From a bacterium (GTDB lineage Bacteria; Hinthialibacterota; Hinthialibacteria; H5-UNCL2): 64,000 nt of DNA. This document shows positions 51,747-62,624 of this stretch, in pieces. Location: positions 159,271 through 223,270 of the forward strand of contig JABTUV010000006.1 of assembly GCA_015075175.1 (NCBI GenBank), written 5' to 3'. Numbering within the stretch: position 1 is the first letter of the stretch; each line of letters starts with the position of its first letter. A model generated the notes under the pieces. It searched no databases and was not told the origin of the DNA. It saw only the letters and a list, made by a program, of their open reading frames with translations. Both the position numbers and the translations under genes were made by a program.

Positions 51747-53209
51747 ATGGGGACGCATTCGCGCAGTGGGGTTCTCGATTTCGCGCGTGGGCGGATGATC
51801 CTTGACGTGGATTATCTGCTCATCGCGGCGGCGCTGTTTCTTCTGGCCGTCGGCATCTTCACGATCGCCGGGGCGACGCTGGATGACCCCCGGCCGGCCG
51901 TCGCCTCGCTCTGGAAAAAGCAACTGATCTTCGCCCTCGTGGCCCTGGGCGTGGGCGCGGCGGCGGTGGTCGTGGACTATCGCTGGCTGATCAAGTATGC
52001 CTATGTGTTTTACGCGCTCAGCCTGCTCCTCTTATTGGCGCTGTACCTGCCCGCCATCGGACACAGCGCCAAGGGCGCGCGCAGCTGGCTGGAGCTGCCT
52101 TTCGTCAACTACCGCTTTCAACCTTCCGAAGCCGTCAAGTTTGCGCTGATCCTGGCGCTGGCCAAACATCTCTCCGGCCTCGGGTCAGGAGACCCGAGCC
52201 ACCCCCAGCGGTTCGCCTCCCTGCTCTCCACTCTGCCGGCGCTCGCCTTGACCGCCGTGCCGGCCTTCTTGATTCTGATTCAACCCGATCTCGGCTCAGC
52301 CGTCATCCTGCCGCTGGTCGTCCTGGGGATGCTCTACGCCGCGGGCTGCCCGGCGGGACGCCTGTTCCTCCTGTGCGCGCCCGCCTTGGCCGCCCTGCCC
52401 CCCATGCTCTGGCGACTGGAAGAGACCCTCTCCGGCCCCGCCTGCTTCTTCATCTTCTGTCGGTTTCCTGATCCTCGTCATTCTCTGAACCTCCGCCTGC
52501 GCACCCGGCCGGCGGAGATCGCCGTCCTGGCGGGGCTGGCCGTCGCCGGCTTCTGGATCGTCAGCGAGCATTTCGAGGACGCCTGGAACCACCTGCATCC
52601 CTATCAGCAGGATCGCATCCTCGCCTACCTCTATCCTGAGGGGCAACCAGAACGACCAGGGCTGGCAGGTGCACCAGAGCAAGATCGCCATCGGCTCTGG
52701 GGCCTGTCGGCAAGGGCTGGCGGCAGGGCACGCAGAATCAACAGCGCTTCATGGCCGAGAAGCACACCGACTTCATCTTCTCGGTGCTCGCCGAAGAGCA
52801 GGGTTTCATCGGCTGTCTGGCCTTGCTTCTGGGATTCGCGGTAATCTTTCTGCGCGGTACGATGATCGCGGTTGGCAGCAGACACTTCGGCGGGATGCTG
52901 GCGGCCAGCGGAATCGTGGTGATTCTGGCCAGCTACGTCTGCTTCAATCTGGCCATCTGCATGGGGCTTCTGCCGGTGACGGGGTTGCCCCTGCTGTTCA
53001 TCTCCTATGGTGGGTCGTCGCTTTTGACGGCGATGGCGGCGGTAGGGCTGCTGGTGAACATCCGCCTGCGCAGGAACGCAACGACGCCCCCTAACAAGGA
53101 TTCTGCCGGGAGTCCCAAGACCTATGGGACGCATGGGCCCTGTAGGACGCCGATCGCGGCGCATGCCAACCCGCTTTTTGGTTTGTCGGAGAATCTCCCC
53201 CGCGATTAG
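51747..53209 (+). CDS. rodA: Rod shape-determining protein RodA (frameshifts 52440-52740)
   Basis: GARSW, FQPSEAVK, QPDLGSA, YQQDRI, QSKIAIGSG, EKHTDFIFSVLAEE.GF, PVTGLPLLFISYGGSS. Confidence 0.9.
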
Positions 53210-53320
53210 ACTGTGTCCCAATCGTGGTGGATGAAGCCTGCTCGAGATGAGAGACACCTGCCCGCGCGCCGCCCGTCCCGGCGGCACGGGGCGGCGAACG
53301 TGTGCGGTGGGAGCCGCGGG

Positions 53321-56300
53321 ATGAACCACTTTTCGTACTATGTGCCGCACGTGATCGCGCTGGGTTTCGGCGCAGCGGGTTTGTACGCCCTGACGGCGGG
53401 ACTCCGGGCGCGCCGACGCGACCGTGCGCTCAGCCGGTTCGCCCTCTCGACCGCCGCGTTGGTTCTGGCCGCGCTCGTGTCCGCGGGGGGCCTTTGCTGG
53501 CGCGAGATGCGCTTCTGGCAGACGCAGACGCTGGACTACCTGGCGCCGCTGGAGGGTTGGGAGCTGGCCCGCGCCTGGGCCGCCTTCATCGTGCTTCTGG
53601 CCCTCGCCGTCCTCGGCTTCGCCCTGCTGGTGCGCCGACGCGGTTTCTGGCGCGTCTCCACGGCCCTTCTGCGCGTCTCCTTTCTATCCCTCATTCCCAC
53701 CACGTTCCTGTTCTTCGACAGCTTCATCGCCACCAGCCAGCTGGTCTACAAGGAGACGGTCAGCGTCGTCCTCATCGGCATGATGGCGTTCTTCTGGGCG
53801 CTGCGCGCGCTGGGGTCGGGGCGTTTTCGGCTGCTTCTCACGCCGTACAACTATCCCGTGCTGCTTCTCTGGGCCGCCGCCGGACTCACGCTGGCCTGGA
53901 CGCCGAGCCGCTACCTGACGCTACTCAACTTCGTCTATCTCTCCGCCTACCTGGCGATGTTTTTCATGATCGCGCCGGAACTGAAAGACCGCCGATACTT
54001 GCGCGTAGGCATGGGGGTATTCCTCTGCACGCTGGTGGTGGTGGCGGCGGGGTCGGTGAGTCAGATGCTGCAATTCTACTGGGGGGGACTTCTTTTTGCG
54101 CCCGAGCCGGCCAACGTGCGGGCGGCGCTGGGCTCGACCATCGGCCACAACAACGCCGTCTCGGAAGTGATGATGATCGGCGTGATCTTCGTATTGGGCC
54201 TGGCGCTGCTGACGCGCGCGCCGCGGCGCCCGCTGTGGGTGATTTTGGCGACGCTGTTTCTGCTCGTGATCGTGGCGGCGACCACGCGCGGCGTCTGGCT
54301 GTCGCTGCCCTTGGCGGTCGCTTATTTCGTGCGTTACGCGCAGACGGGCTTCGGCACGCCGGCGGCGCCCGTTCCCTGGCGGCGCCGGGCGGGACGCTGG
54401 GTTTTCGCCGGCGTCCTGGCCGCCTTCATTTTGAGCGGCGTCGTCGTGGTCGTCAACCACGTGGCCCGCCGCCCGGGCGCGACCCACGCCATGGTCCCCC
54501 TCATGACCCGACTGTCGGAATTTTCCTACGAGATGAACGTCCGGGGGACCCGCCCCCGCCTCTGGACCATCGCCGTGGTGATGATCGCCGACCAGGTATC
54601 CCTCTCGCGCGACGAATTCGGCCAGCCGCCTTTCCTGGGTCAAGGACTGTCGGCCTTCAAGTGGCGCTATCCCATCTACCAGGCGCGCTTTTTCAAGGAG
54701 CATCCCAAAACACTGGTCTGGCCCACTCACCTGCACGCGGACCGAATGCACAACGAGTATCTGCAACCGATCGTGGAGCTGGGCGTGCCGGGAGCGGTGT
54801 TTGTCATCTGGTTTCTCTTGGCGCACGCCCGCTTCTGCCGCATGGTGCGGGCGCTGCGGCCGGAGCGGGGGCGGAGGGTCTTGCAGATCACGTTTGCCGC
54901 GGCGCTGGTGGCGGGACTGTTGCACATGATCGTGAACTTCAGTTTTCACGTGGCCCCGCTGGCGGTGCTGCTCATATTCAACTTCGCCGCCTTCGCTGCG
55001 CTCGGACCCACGCGGGTCCGCGAGTGGCGCTTCGCCGGCGCGCGCGACAATCCCACGCTTTTCGCGGCGGGAATGGTGCTGTCGGCGTTTGTCTGCGGAT
55101 GGCTGCTCCTTTTCACCGTGCGGGTGGTTTACGCGGAGTTCTACCTGCACCTGGGCCGGGTCTACCGCGACGCGGCGATCAACGCCGCGCAGAGCGGATC
55201 GGCGCGGGACCGCGAGCAGGCGCCGCTCCTGGCGCGGGGATGGAAGGAGGCGCTGGGGCGCGGCCTCGCGCACGTGCCCGGCGAGTACCACATCAACCTG
55301 GAGATGGCCCAGTGCTACATGTTTCTTTTTGACCTGGACAAGACCAACGTGCAGGTGGACCTGCTCCTGTCCGCGCTGACGCACGTCAACCGGGGGATGC
55401 AGGAATACCAGCACAAGAGCGTCTACTTTACGCGGGGGCTGCTGTTGCGGGACCTGGCGCAGCTGGCGGCGACCCGGCGGTTGACGCCCACGCCCAGGAT
55501 TTCCAAGTCCGACGTGGATTACCTGCGCGAGCGGGCGCTGGCCGACGCGGAGCGCGACCTGCGCCTGGCCTCGGACATGTTTCCGGTCGAGTACGCCGAG
55601 CCGGTGACGGACGAGGACCTGCGGCCGCTGCATGAGCTGGGCAAGCTGTATTACGTGCAGGGGCGGCACAAGGAGGCGTTCGCAGCCTGGCGGCGCATCC
55701 AGGCGCGGCGGCCCACCTACGCCGAGGATTTCCACCTGGCGGCGGCCCGCGAGGCGCAGCAGGCCGGCGCCATCCACGAGGCCGGCGTCAGCTACCACAT
55801 CGCCCGCGAACTGGCGCCCCGGAACCCCGACATCTGGAGCGCCTACCTCAATTGCTACCTGAGCATTCCCGGTCAGGGCGAGCGAGCGCTGGAGCTGGCG
55901 ACCGAGTTCATGCAGGCCTTTCCCACCAGCGTGGCCGCCTTCGCCCAACTCTCTTACACCGCGCACGTCACCGGCAAGCCGGAGCGTGTCTTCAACCTGG
56001 CCACGCAGTACCTGGCGACCGTGGGCGCGCAGCCCGCCAACATCGACGAGATCATCATTTTCGGAGGCGTCCTGTACAATTACGCGCGCTGGGACCTGTT
56101 GGCGCGCTGGCTGGACGCGGTGGAAGTTCGCAGCCGCGAGCCGCGGCTGGTCCTGTTTGTGGAGAACTTCCGCATGGCCGCGGCGGTGCAGGAGGGAAGC
56201 TGGGCGCGCGCCGCCGCCTTGGCGGAGGGCGTGCTGGCGAGGCGGCCCGGCGATCCCACCGCCATTTCCGTCCTGCGCGGCTCGCTCTTCTTCCTGGCGC

Positions 56301-56359
56301 TGCCGGTTGTGATGGGGGCGGACATCCGGCCGCTCTCGGAAGTCGTCGCGGAGCCGTGA
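53321..56359 (+). CDS. O-antigen ligase (Wzy_C)-family membrane protein with C-terminal TPR-like repeats
   Basis: STIGHNN, TRGVWL, RLWT.A..MI, PFLGQG, HNEYLQ..VELG..G; helical C-terminus. Confidence 0.8.
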   Translation: MNHFSYYVPHVIALGFGAAGLYALTAGLRARRRDRALSRFALSTAALVLAALVSAGGLCWREMRFWQTQTLDYLAPLEGWELARAWAAFIVLLALAVLGFALLVRRRGFWRVSTALLRVSFLSLIPTTFLFFDSFIATSQLVYKETVSVVLIGMMAFFWALRALGSGRFRLLLTPYNYPVLLLWAAAGLTLAWTPSRYLTLLNFVYLSAYLAMFFMIAPELKDRRYLRVGMGVFLCTLVVVAAGSVSQMLQFYWGGLLFAPEPANVRAALGSTIGHNNAVSEVMMIGVIFVLGLALLTRAPRRPLWVILATLFLLVIVAATTRGVWLSLPLAVAYFVRYAQTGFGTPAAPVPWRRRAGRWVFAGVLAAFILSGVVVVVNHVARRPGATHAMVPLMTRLSEFSYEMNVRGTRPRLWTIAVVMIADQVSLSRDEFGQPPFLGQGLSAFKWRYPIYQARFFKEHPKTLVWPTHLHADRMHNEYLQPIVELGVPGAVFVIWFLLAHARFCRMVRALRPERGRRVLQITFAAALVAGLLHMIVNFSFHVAPLAVLLIFNFAAFAALGPTRVREWRFAGARDNPTLFAAGMVLSAFVCGWLLLFTVRVVYAEFYLHLGRVYRDAAINAAQSGSARDREQAPLLARGWKEALGRGLAHVPGEYHINLEMAQCYMFLFDLDKTNVQVDLLLSALTHVNRGMQEYQHKSVYFTRGLLLRDLAQLAATRRLTPTPRISKSDVDYLRERALADAERDLRLASDMFPVEYAEPVTDEDLRPLHELGKLYYVQGRHKEAFAAWRRIQARRPTYAEDFHLAAAREAQQAGAIHEAGVSYHIARELAPRNPDIWSAYLNCYLSIPGQGERALELATEFMQAFPTSVAAFAQLSYTAHVTGKPERVFNLATQYLATVGAQPANIDEIIIFGGVLYNYARWDLLARWLDAVEVRSREPRLVLFVENFRMAAAVQEGSWARAAALAEGVLARRPGDPTAISVLRGSLFFLALPVVMGADIRPLSEVVAEP

Positions 56360-56441
56360 AATCGCCGACGCACACTGGAATCCCGCCGGGGTTCCGGTTA
56401 TGCTGCGTTCCGCGACAGGTTCGCGGGCAAGGGAGATTTCC

Positions 56442-57731
56442 ATGCACGTTCTCGTCATCGGCGGCGGTGGTCGCGAGCACGCCGTCGTCGCCAAGCTGGC
56501 GGCGAGCCGCCACAAGCTGCGCCTCAGCTGCGCGCCCGGCAACGCCGGTATCGCGCAGGTCTGCCCGACCGTCCCCATCTCTGCCGGCGATATTCCCGCC
56601 ATCCTCGACTGGACCACCGAGCACGGCGTCGATTTCGTCGTGGTCACGCCCGAAGATCCCCTGGCCCTGGGCCTCGTGGATCGCCTGGCGGAGCGAGGCG
56701 TGCCCGCCTTCGGTCCCAGCGCCGCGGCAACCCGCATCGAATCCAGCAAGGCGTTCGCCAAGGAGATCATGCGCCGCAAGGGCGTGCCCACGGCGCGCTA
56801 CGGCATCTTTACCGACTTTCCGGCGGCCCGAGACTACGTGATGGAAACCTGCGGGCCGTCGGGCATCGTGGTCAAGGCCAGCGGATTGGCGCTGGGCAAG
56901 GGCGCGCTGGTCTGTGATCACGCCGACGAGGCGGTTCGCGCCCTGGAAGAGCTCATGCTGGAAAAGAAGTTCGGGGCGGCCGGCGAAACCGTCGTGATCG
57001 AGGAGCGACTCGCCGGCGAGGAGGCCTCGGTCTTCGCGCTCTCGGACGGCGAGCGTTTCATCACGCTTCCCCCCGGCCAGGACCACAAGCGGCTCCTGGA
57101 CGGCGACGCCGGCCCCAACACCGGCGGCATGGGCGCCTACTGTCCCGCGCCGGTCGTCGATGCGCGCCTTATGGCGCGCATCGAGCGGGAAATCCTGGCG
57201 CCCACGCTTGCGGGACTGGCGGAAGTAGGCTGCCCCTTCAAGGGTGTTCTCTACTGCGGCCTCATGGTGTGCGATGGGGATCCCTACGTGATCGAGTTCA
57301 ACGCGCGCTTCGGCGACCCCGAAACGCAGGCGATTCTGCCGCTGCTGGAAAGCGACCTCTTCGACCTCATGTACGCATGTCACGCGGGCGGCGTCGACCG
57401 GGTGGAAACGCGCTGGCGGTCCGGCGCTTGCACCTGCGTGGTGTTGGCCTCGGGAGGCTATCCGGGCGGATATGAGAAGGGGAAGGTGATAATGGGATTG
57501 AACGAGGACTTCGGACCCGACGTGTACGTCTTTCATGCGGGGACGCGCGTGGAAGAGGGCAAGGTCGTGACTGCGGGCGGGCGCGTTCTCGGCGTGTCGG
57601 CGTGGGGAGCGGACCTGGCGGAGAGCGCGCGGCGCGCCTACGCGGCCGCGGACCGGATCAATTTCGAGGGCAGGCATCTGCGGCGCGACATCGCTTGGCG
57701 CGGCCTGGCCCGACTGGAGGCGAAACGATGA
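56442..57731 (+). CDS. purD: Phosphoribosylamine--glycine ligase
   Basis: VLVIGGGGREHA, GLALGKG, QDHKR..DGD.GPNTGGMGAY, EFNARFGDPE, VFHAGT, GGRVL. Confidence 0.97.
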   Translation: MHVLVIGGGGREHAVVAKLAASRHKLRLSCAPGNAGIAQVCPTVPISAGDIPAILDWTTEHGVDFVVVTPEDPLALGLVDRLAERGVPAFGPSAAATRIESSKAFAKEIMRRKGVPTARYGIFTDFPAARDYVMETCGPSGIVVKASGLALGKGALVCDHADEAVRALEELMLEKKFGAAGETVVIEERLAGEEASVFALSDGERFITLPPGQDHKRLLDGDAGPNTGGMGAYCPAPVVDARLMARIEREILAPTLAGLAEVGCPFKGVLYCGLMVCDGDPYVIEFNARFGDPETQAILPLLESDLFDLMYACHAGGVDRVETRWRSGACTCVVLASGGYPGGYEKGKVIMGLNEDFGPDVYVFHAGTRVEEGKVVTAGGRVLGVSAWGADLAESARRAYAAADRINFEGRHLRRDIAWRGLARLEAKR

Positions 57732-58222
57732 CACAGCCGCGAGTACTCATTCTCATGGGGAGCGACAGCGACGCGGAGGTGATGCGAGGCGCGGGCAGTG
57801 TGCTGGAGGAGTTCGGCGTGACATACGAGGTGCACGTGGCCAGCGCGCATCGCAGTCCGGAGCGGGCGATGGCGCTGGCGCGCGAGGCGGAAGGGCGGGG
57901 CGTGGCGGTCGTGATCGCAGGCGCGGGCGGCGCGGCGCATCTGGCCGGCGTGCTCGCCGCCCACACCATCCTGCCCGTGATCGGCGTGCCCGTCGAAAGC
58001 AAGCACCTGCGCGGTTTGGACTCGCTGCTTTCGACCGTGCAGATGCCGCCCGGCGTGCCCGTAGCGACCGTCGGCATCGACGCCGCGACCAACGCCGGCC
58101 TTCTAGCGGTGCAAATCCTGGCGCTCTCCGACAAGACGCTGGCGGACAAGTTGCGCGAGTATCGCGCGGGATTGGCCAGAAAGGTGGAATCGGCCTCGGA
58201 TCGGCTCAGGGAGAAGTGGTGA
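57728..58222 (+). CDS. purE: N5-CAIR mutase
   Basis: MGSDSD, SAHRSP, IAGAGGAAHLAG, PVIGVP, QMPPGVPVATV. Confidence 0.97.
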   Translation: MTQPRVLILMGSDSDAEVMRGAGSVLEEFGVTYEVHVASAHRSPERAMALAREAEGRGVAVVIAGAGGAAHLAGVLAAHTILPVIGVPVESKHLRGLDSLLSTVQMPPGVPVATVGIDAATNAGLLAVQILALSDKTLADKLREYRAGLARKVESASDRLREKW

Positions 58223-58264
58223 AGGTTCGCGGTTTGAACGCTCACGCATTTCCGGAGCGCGCCG

Positions 58265-58316
58265 GCGGAGTACGAATTTCAGTTTGCTTCAGGACAAACT
58301 AAAGTCTGTACTCCGC
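58265..58316. repeat. Inverted pair GCGGAGTAC..(A/G)(A/C)TT(C/T)AGTTTG between convergent genes
   Basis: Arms 58265-58286 and 58295-58316. Confidence 0.7.
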
Positions 58317-58334
58317 GCGCGTGATACCTTCCCT

Positions 58335-59282
58335 TCACGGCGTCCCCATCCCCCAAACCTGCGCAAAGGAGAGGAGGCTGCGGGGACGGGTGCGTCGCTC
58401 GCGTACGGAGGACAGAAGCAAGACGAGGTCCGTGCCGTCCACGGCGCCGCTCTTGTCCAGGTCGGCCGTCTCTACGGTGAAACGTTCCGGCTCGCGCCTC
58501 AGTCCCGCCAGGGCGTCGTAAACCAGAAGATAAATCTGCTCGTGGCCGGCGGTGTTGGGATGAATGTCAAGATTGCTGACGGGAAGCCGCACGTAAGGCG
58601 GCTCCAGGGGCGTCGGATCGCCGAACTGCCGCCCGTAGCAGTGGTGCAAGAAGGCGGGATACACATCGACCACCCCGCAGCCGCGCTCGGAGGCCAACTG
58701 CCGGATGAAGGCGTTGCCCTCAAGCGTCATCGGCGACAGCGGGCGATATCTGCCGTAGATCAGCGGAAGCGATTGGCTGTAACCATCCATAAGATCATAG
58801 TACGTGAGCAGGATGATATACGGCGGCGGATCGAGTGTCTCCAAGCGCGCGACGATGGTGGAAAGACTGGAAAAAAGTTGATTCTTCTCCGCCGTGGTGA
58901 TGGTTCCGTCGGCCATGAAGTTGATCACGTCCCAGCCGCCGAGGAGGACGATGGCGAGATCGGGCTGAAACGCGAGCACGCTGTTCATGTAAGGGCTGTT
59001 ACCGGCGGCCCACTGGACGGCGGTGGAACCGGAGACGGAGGCGTTGAGGGCCGCCATGCCGGGCCAGAGGGAATGGAGCGTGGCTTCGCGCGTGGGCGGA
59101 AAAGGATCGCCGCCGACGCCCAGGAGCATGTGCGTCCAGCCATGCACGACCGGATCATAATCGGGATTGACGCCGTAATTGACGCTGTCGCCGAGGACGG
59201 CGAGACGGGTGAACTCGCGGGCCGCGCACGGAGCCGACGCGACCAACACGATGCCAGAGAGCGCCAGTATGCCTCTCAGCAC
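58335..59282 (-). CDS. Secreted SGNH/GDSL hydrolase with a C-terminal dockerin/EF-hand-like motif
   Basis: Signal peptide, VLGDS, NASVSG, LGGWD, DIHPN..GH, ADLDKSGAVDGTDL. Confidence 0.8.
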   Translation of the reverse strand: MLRGILALSGIVLVASAPCAAREFTRLAVLGDSVNYGVNPDYDPVVHGWTHMLLGVGGDPFPPTREATLHSLWPGMAALNASVSGSTAVQWAAGNSPYMNSVLAFQPDLAIVLLGGWDVINFMADGTITTAEKNQLFSSLSTIVARLETLDPPPYIILLTYYDLMDGYSQSLPLIYGRYRPLSPMTLEGNAFIRQLASERGCGVVDVYPAFLHHCYGRQFGDPTPLEPPYVRLPVSNLDIHPNTAGHEQIYLLVYDALAGLRREPERFTVETADLDKSGAVDGTDLVLLLSSVRERRTRPRSLLSFAQVWGMGTP

Positions 59283-59362
59283 TTGAACTTCTCCATGTGT
59301 TGCGGTGTCACGGGAGCATGGTAGTTGACGGGGAACCCACGGCAAAGGGAAAACTGCGGTCG

Positions 59363-59959
59363 TTACTTAAGATTGGCAAGGAACTCCCAAAGCCCCCGCC
59401 GCACCATCATCACCGCGTAGGCGGCGAGAAACAGGCAGGAGACTTTGGAGAGGGCCTTGCTGCCGGCCTCACCCACGGCGCGGGTGATGACTCCCGCCGA
59501 GGAGAGCACGGCTCCCGCCAGGACCACGTTGGCGACGACCGCGGCCAAAGTAATGAGCAGTCCGAACTGGCGCGACAAGATCAGGGCGGCGGTGAGGACG
59601 GCGGGGCCTACGAGCAGCGGCGTACCCAGGGGGACCACGCCCAGGCTGCCCTCGACCTGGCGCGCCGCCGCCCCGCCGCTCACCAGCTCGGTCGTGGCGA
59701 TGATGAAAAGCAGCGCGCCTCCCGCGACCATGAAGTCCGCCTCGGTAATGCCCAAAATGTCGAATACCTCGCGCCCGAGAAGAATGAAGCCCACCGCGAC
59801 CAGGAGCGCCGTCAGGATGGACTGGCGCACCGTGCGACGCCGCGCCGTCTCTTCCATGCCGTAGGTCAGTCCCATGTACAAGGGCAGCGTGCCGAACACG
59901 TCGACCGCCACAAAGATAGGCACGAACGCCAGAATGAACTGATGAAAAAAGGGAGCCAC
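59363..59959 (-). CDS. MarC family membrane protein
   Basis: FVAVDVFG.LP.Y, F.VAGGALLF, VVPLGTPLLVGPA. Confidence 0.9.
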   Translation of the reverse strand: MAPFFHQFILAFVPIFVAVDVFGTLPLYMGLTYGMEETARRRTVRQSILTALLVAVGFILLGREVFDILGITEADFMVAGGALLFIIATTELVSGGAAARQVEGSLGVVPLGTPLLVGPAVLTAALILSRQFGLLITLAAVVANVVLAGAVLSSAGVITRAVGEAGSKALSKVSCLFLAAYAVMMVRRGLWEFLANLK

Positions 59960-60098
59960 GCCCGGATTCTACCGGGGCGAGGCGACAAACACAAGCGCCG
60001 CCATAGGTCCCATACTCTTGTGAAATCGCCTTGGCTTGCCATGACGCCTGGCTTACAATCCCAGCGAGCGTGCACATCCGAGCAAGCGGAACCCGACC

Positions 60099-61525
60099 AT
60101 GTTGAAGCGCAGTTATCCCTACTATCTGGCCAACCGAGCGGTCGCGGCCAACCGCGAGTTGGAGGTCGTCAACAAGTACACGCGGAAGGTCGCCACGCGG
60201 GTGGCGTTGGCGGACGGAGCGGCGCTCGCGGAGGCCATCGGGCGCGCGGGGGATGCGGCGGCGCCGCTGCGGCGGCTGCCGGCGCATCGCCGCGCGGCCG
60301 TCCTGCATCATCTGGCGAACGGAATGAGCGCGCGCGCCGAAGAGCTGGCCGAGGCGCTGGCCATCGAGGCGGGCAAACCCATCCGCGACAGCCGCGTCGA
60401 GATCACCCGCGCCATCGACACCGTGCGCATCGCCGCCGAGGAGGCGCTGCGCCTCTACGGCCAGTATCTGCCGCTGGACATCTCGCCCCGCGCCGAGCAT
60501 TTCCAGGCCATCACCAAACGCGCCCGTGGGCGTATGCGTTTCATTACGCCCTTCAATTTTCCCATCAACCCAGTCGCGCACTAAGATCGCGCCCGCCATC
60601 GCCGTGGGTTGTCCCTGGATTCTCAAGCCCGCCTCGGCGACGCCCGTGGGCGCGCTCCTCTTGGGCGAAATGCTGGCCGAGACCGATCTCCCGCCCGGCG
60701 CGTTTTCCATTCTGCCCTGCCACGGCAAGGACGCCGCGCCGCTCGTGGAGGATGAACGCATCGGGAAGATCTCCTTCACCGGTTCCGCCGAGGTGGGTTG
60801 GCAGATCAAGGCGCGTTCGGGCAAGAAGCGCGTCACGCTGGAACTGGGCGGCAACGCCGCCGCCATCGTGGACGAGGACGCCGATCTGGATTACGCGACC
60901 GAGCGCCTCACCTTCGGCGCGTTCTACCAGTCGGCCAGAGCTGCATCAGCGTGCAGCGCATCTTGGCGCATGAGAAGATTTACGACGCGCTGGTGCAACG
61001 GCTGGTCTCAGCGGCGGAAAGCTGGTCATGGGGGACCCGCTGGACGAGATTACGTTTCTGGGGCCGCTGATCACCGAGGGCGACGCAAAGCGGATCGAGC
61101 AGTGGGTGAAAGCGGCGCGGCAGGGCGGCGCAAGACTCCTCTGCGGCGGCAAGCGCAAGGGCGCGTTCTATTCCGCCACGCTTCTGGACAACGTCTCGCC
61201 CGACATGCAGGTCACTGCAACGAAATCTTCGGCCCGGTGGCCGTGCTGTACAGGTTCGGATTTCAAGGACGCCTGCGCGATGGTCAACGACAGCCGCTAC
61301 GGTCTGCAAGCGGGCGTCTTCACGCGCGACCTGCACAAGGCCTTCTACGCCTGGAACGAACTGGAAGTCGGGGGCGTCGTGGTCAACGACGCGCCCAGCG
61401 TGCGCGTGGACAGCATGCCCTACGGGGGCGTGAAGGACAGCGGGCTGGGACGCGAGGGGGTGCGCTGGGCGATGGAGAGCATGACCGAGGAGCGCTGCTG
61501 CTCTGTCGCGCGTCGGGAAAATTAG
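60099..61525 (+). CDS. Aldehyde dehydrogenase, disrupted by about five frameshifts (errors or pseudogene)
   Basis: EAGKP, ITPFNFP, LKPA, SFTGS, LELGGNAA, GQSCIS, EIFGPV, YGLQAG, PYGGVKDSGLGREG in shifting frames. Confidence 0.8.
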
Positions 61526-61636
61526 GGTCAGCGCCTAATTTTGCGGGCGGAAATTGGGGTCAGCGCCTGATTTTGAACGCGAGATGATCGCCCGCCGAAG
61601 GAGCTGCGCCAAAATCAGGCGCTGACCCCAATTTCC
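61517..61636. repeat. REP-like AAATT(A/G)GGGTCAGCGCCT(A/G)ATTTT, two direct copies and one inverted
   Basis: 61517-61542, 61550-61574, 61611-61636. Confidence 0.85.
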
Positions 61637-62399
61637 TCACGCCATGATGTGGAAGCCCGCGTCCACGAACAGCACTTCCCCGGTGATGTTCCTGGACATG
61701 TCCGACGCCAGAAAGAGCGCCGCCTGGCCGACGTCGCTGTCGCTGATGTTGCGGCGCAGCGGCGCGCGTTCTTCTACGTGCGCGAGAATCGAGCCGAACC
61801 CGGAAATCCCTCGCGCCGCCAGCGTTTTGACCGGCCCGGCGGAAATCCCGTTCACGCGAATCCCCAAGGGGCCTAGATCGGCGGCGAGATAGCGCACGCT
61901 CGCCTCCAGGGCCGCCTTGGCCACGCCCATCACGTTGTAGTTGGGCACGACCCGCTGCGCGCCCAGGTAAGTCAACGCGATAATGCTGCCGCCGCCGCGC
62001 TTCTCGAACAGCGGCAGCGCCGGTCGCGTGACGGCGACCAACGAATAGGCCGAAACTTCGTTGGCGATGCGGAATCCGTCGCGCGAGGTATCGACATATC
62101 GCCCCGCCAGTTCCTCCTTGCGCGCAAAGGCCACGCTGTGCACGAGCACGTCCAGCCCGCCGCACTCCCTGTCGGTGTTCGCGCACCGCGGCGATCTCGT
62201 CATCATTGGTCACGTCGCAGTCGTAACAGAGCGTTCCCTGGACGGTCTCCGCCAGCGCGCGCACGTTGCGTTCCATGCGCTCGCCCTGATAGGTCAATAC
62301 CAGGCGCGCGCCCGCCTGGGAAAACGCCTGCGCAATCGCCCACGCCAGGCTGCGGTCGTTGGCCACGCCATAAACGAGGGCGGTCTTGTCCTTCAACAT
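61637..62399 (-). CDS. fabI: Enoyl-ACP reductase (frameshift near 62190)
   Basis: [59 protein letters not shown]. Confidence 0.92.
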
Positions 62400-62480
62400 G
62401 TGTCGTCCTTGTTGGTGTTGGTCGGGGCAGTGTAGAGATAGCGACGCGATTGTCAAGATGAGGGCCCGGTTGGAAATCCA

Positions 62481-62512
62481 CGGGTGCCACCCCTTTGTAC
62501 TCAAAAGGGCGG
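62481..62512. repeat. Copy of the 5043 element
   Basis: CGGGTGCCACCCCTTTGTACTCAAAAGGG. Confidence 0.75.
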
Positions 62513-62624
62513 GTGCGGTGCGGGTGCGGCTGCTTGCTGCCGCGGGCGCGGTGGTCCGCGTACGCAAACGGCGGCGGCGAGCAGCCGCACCCAAAGCGAA
62601 ACCCTCTCCCGCAGGCGGCGGGAG

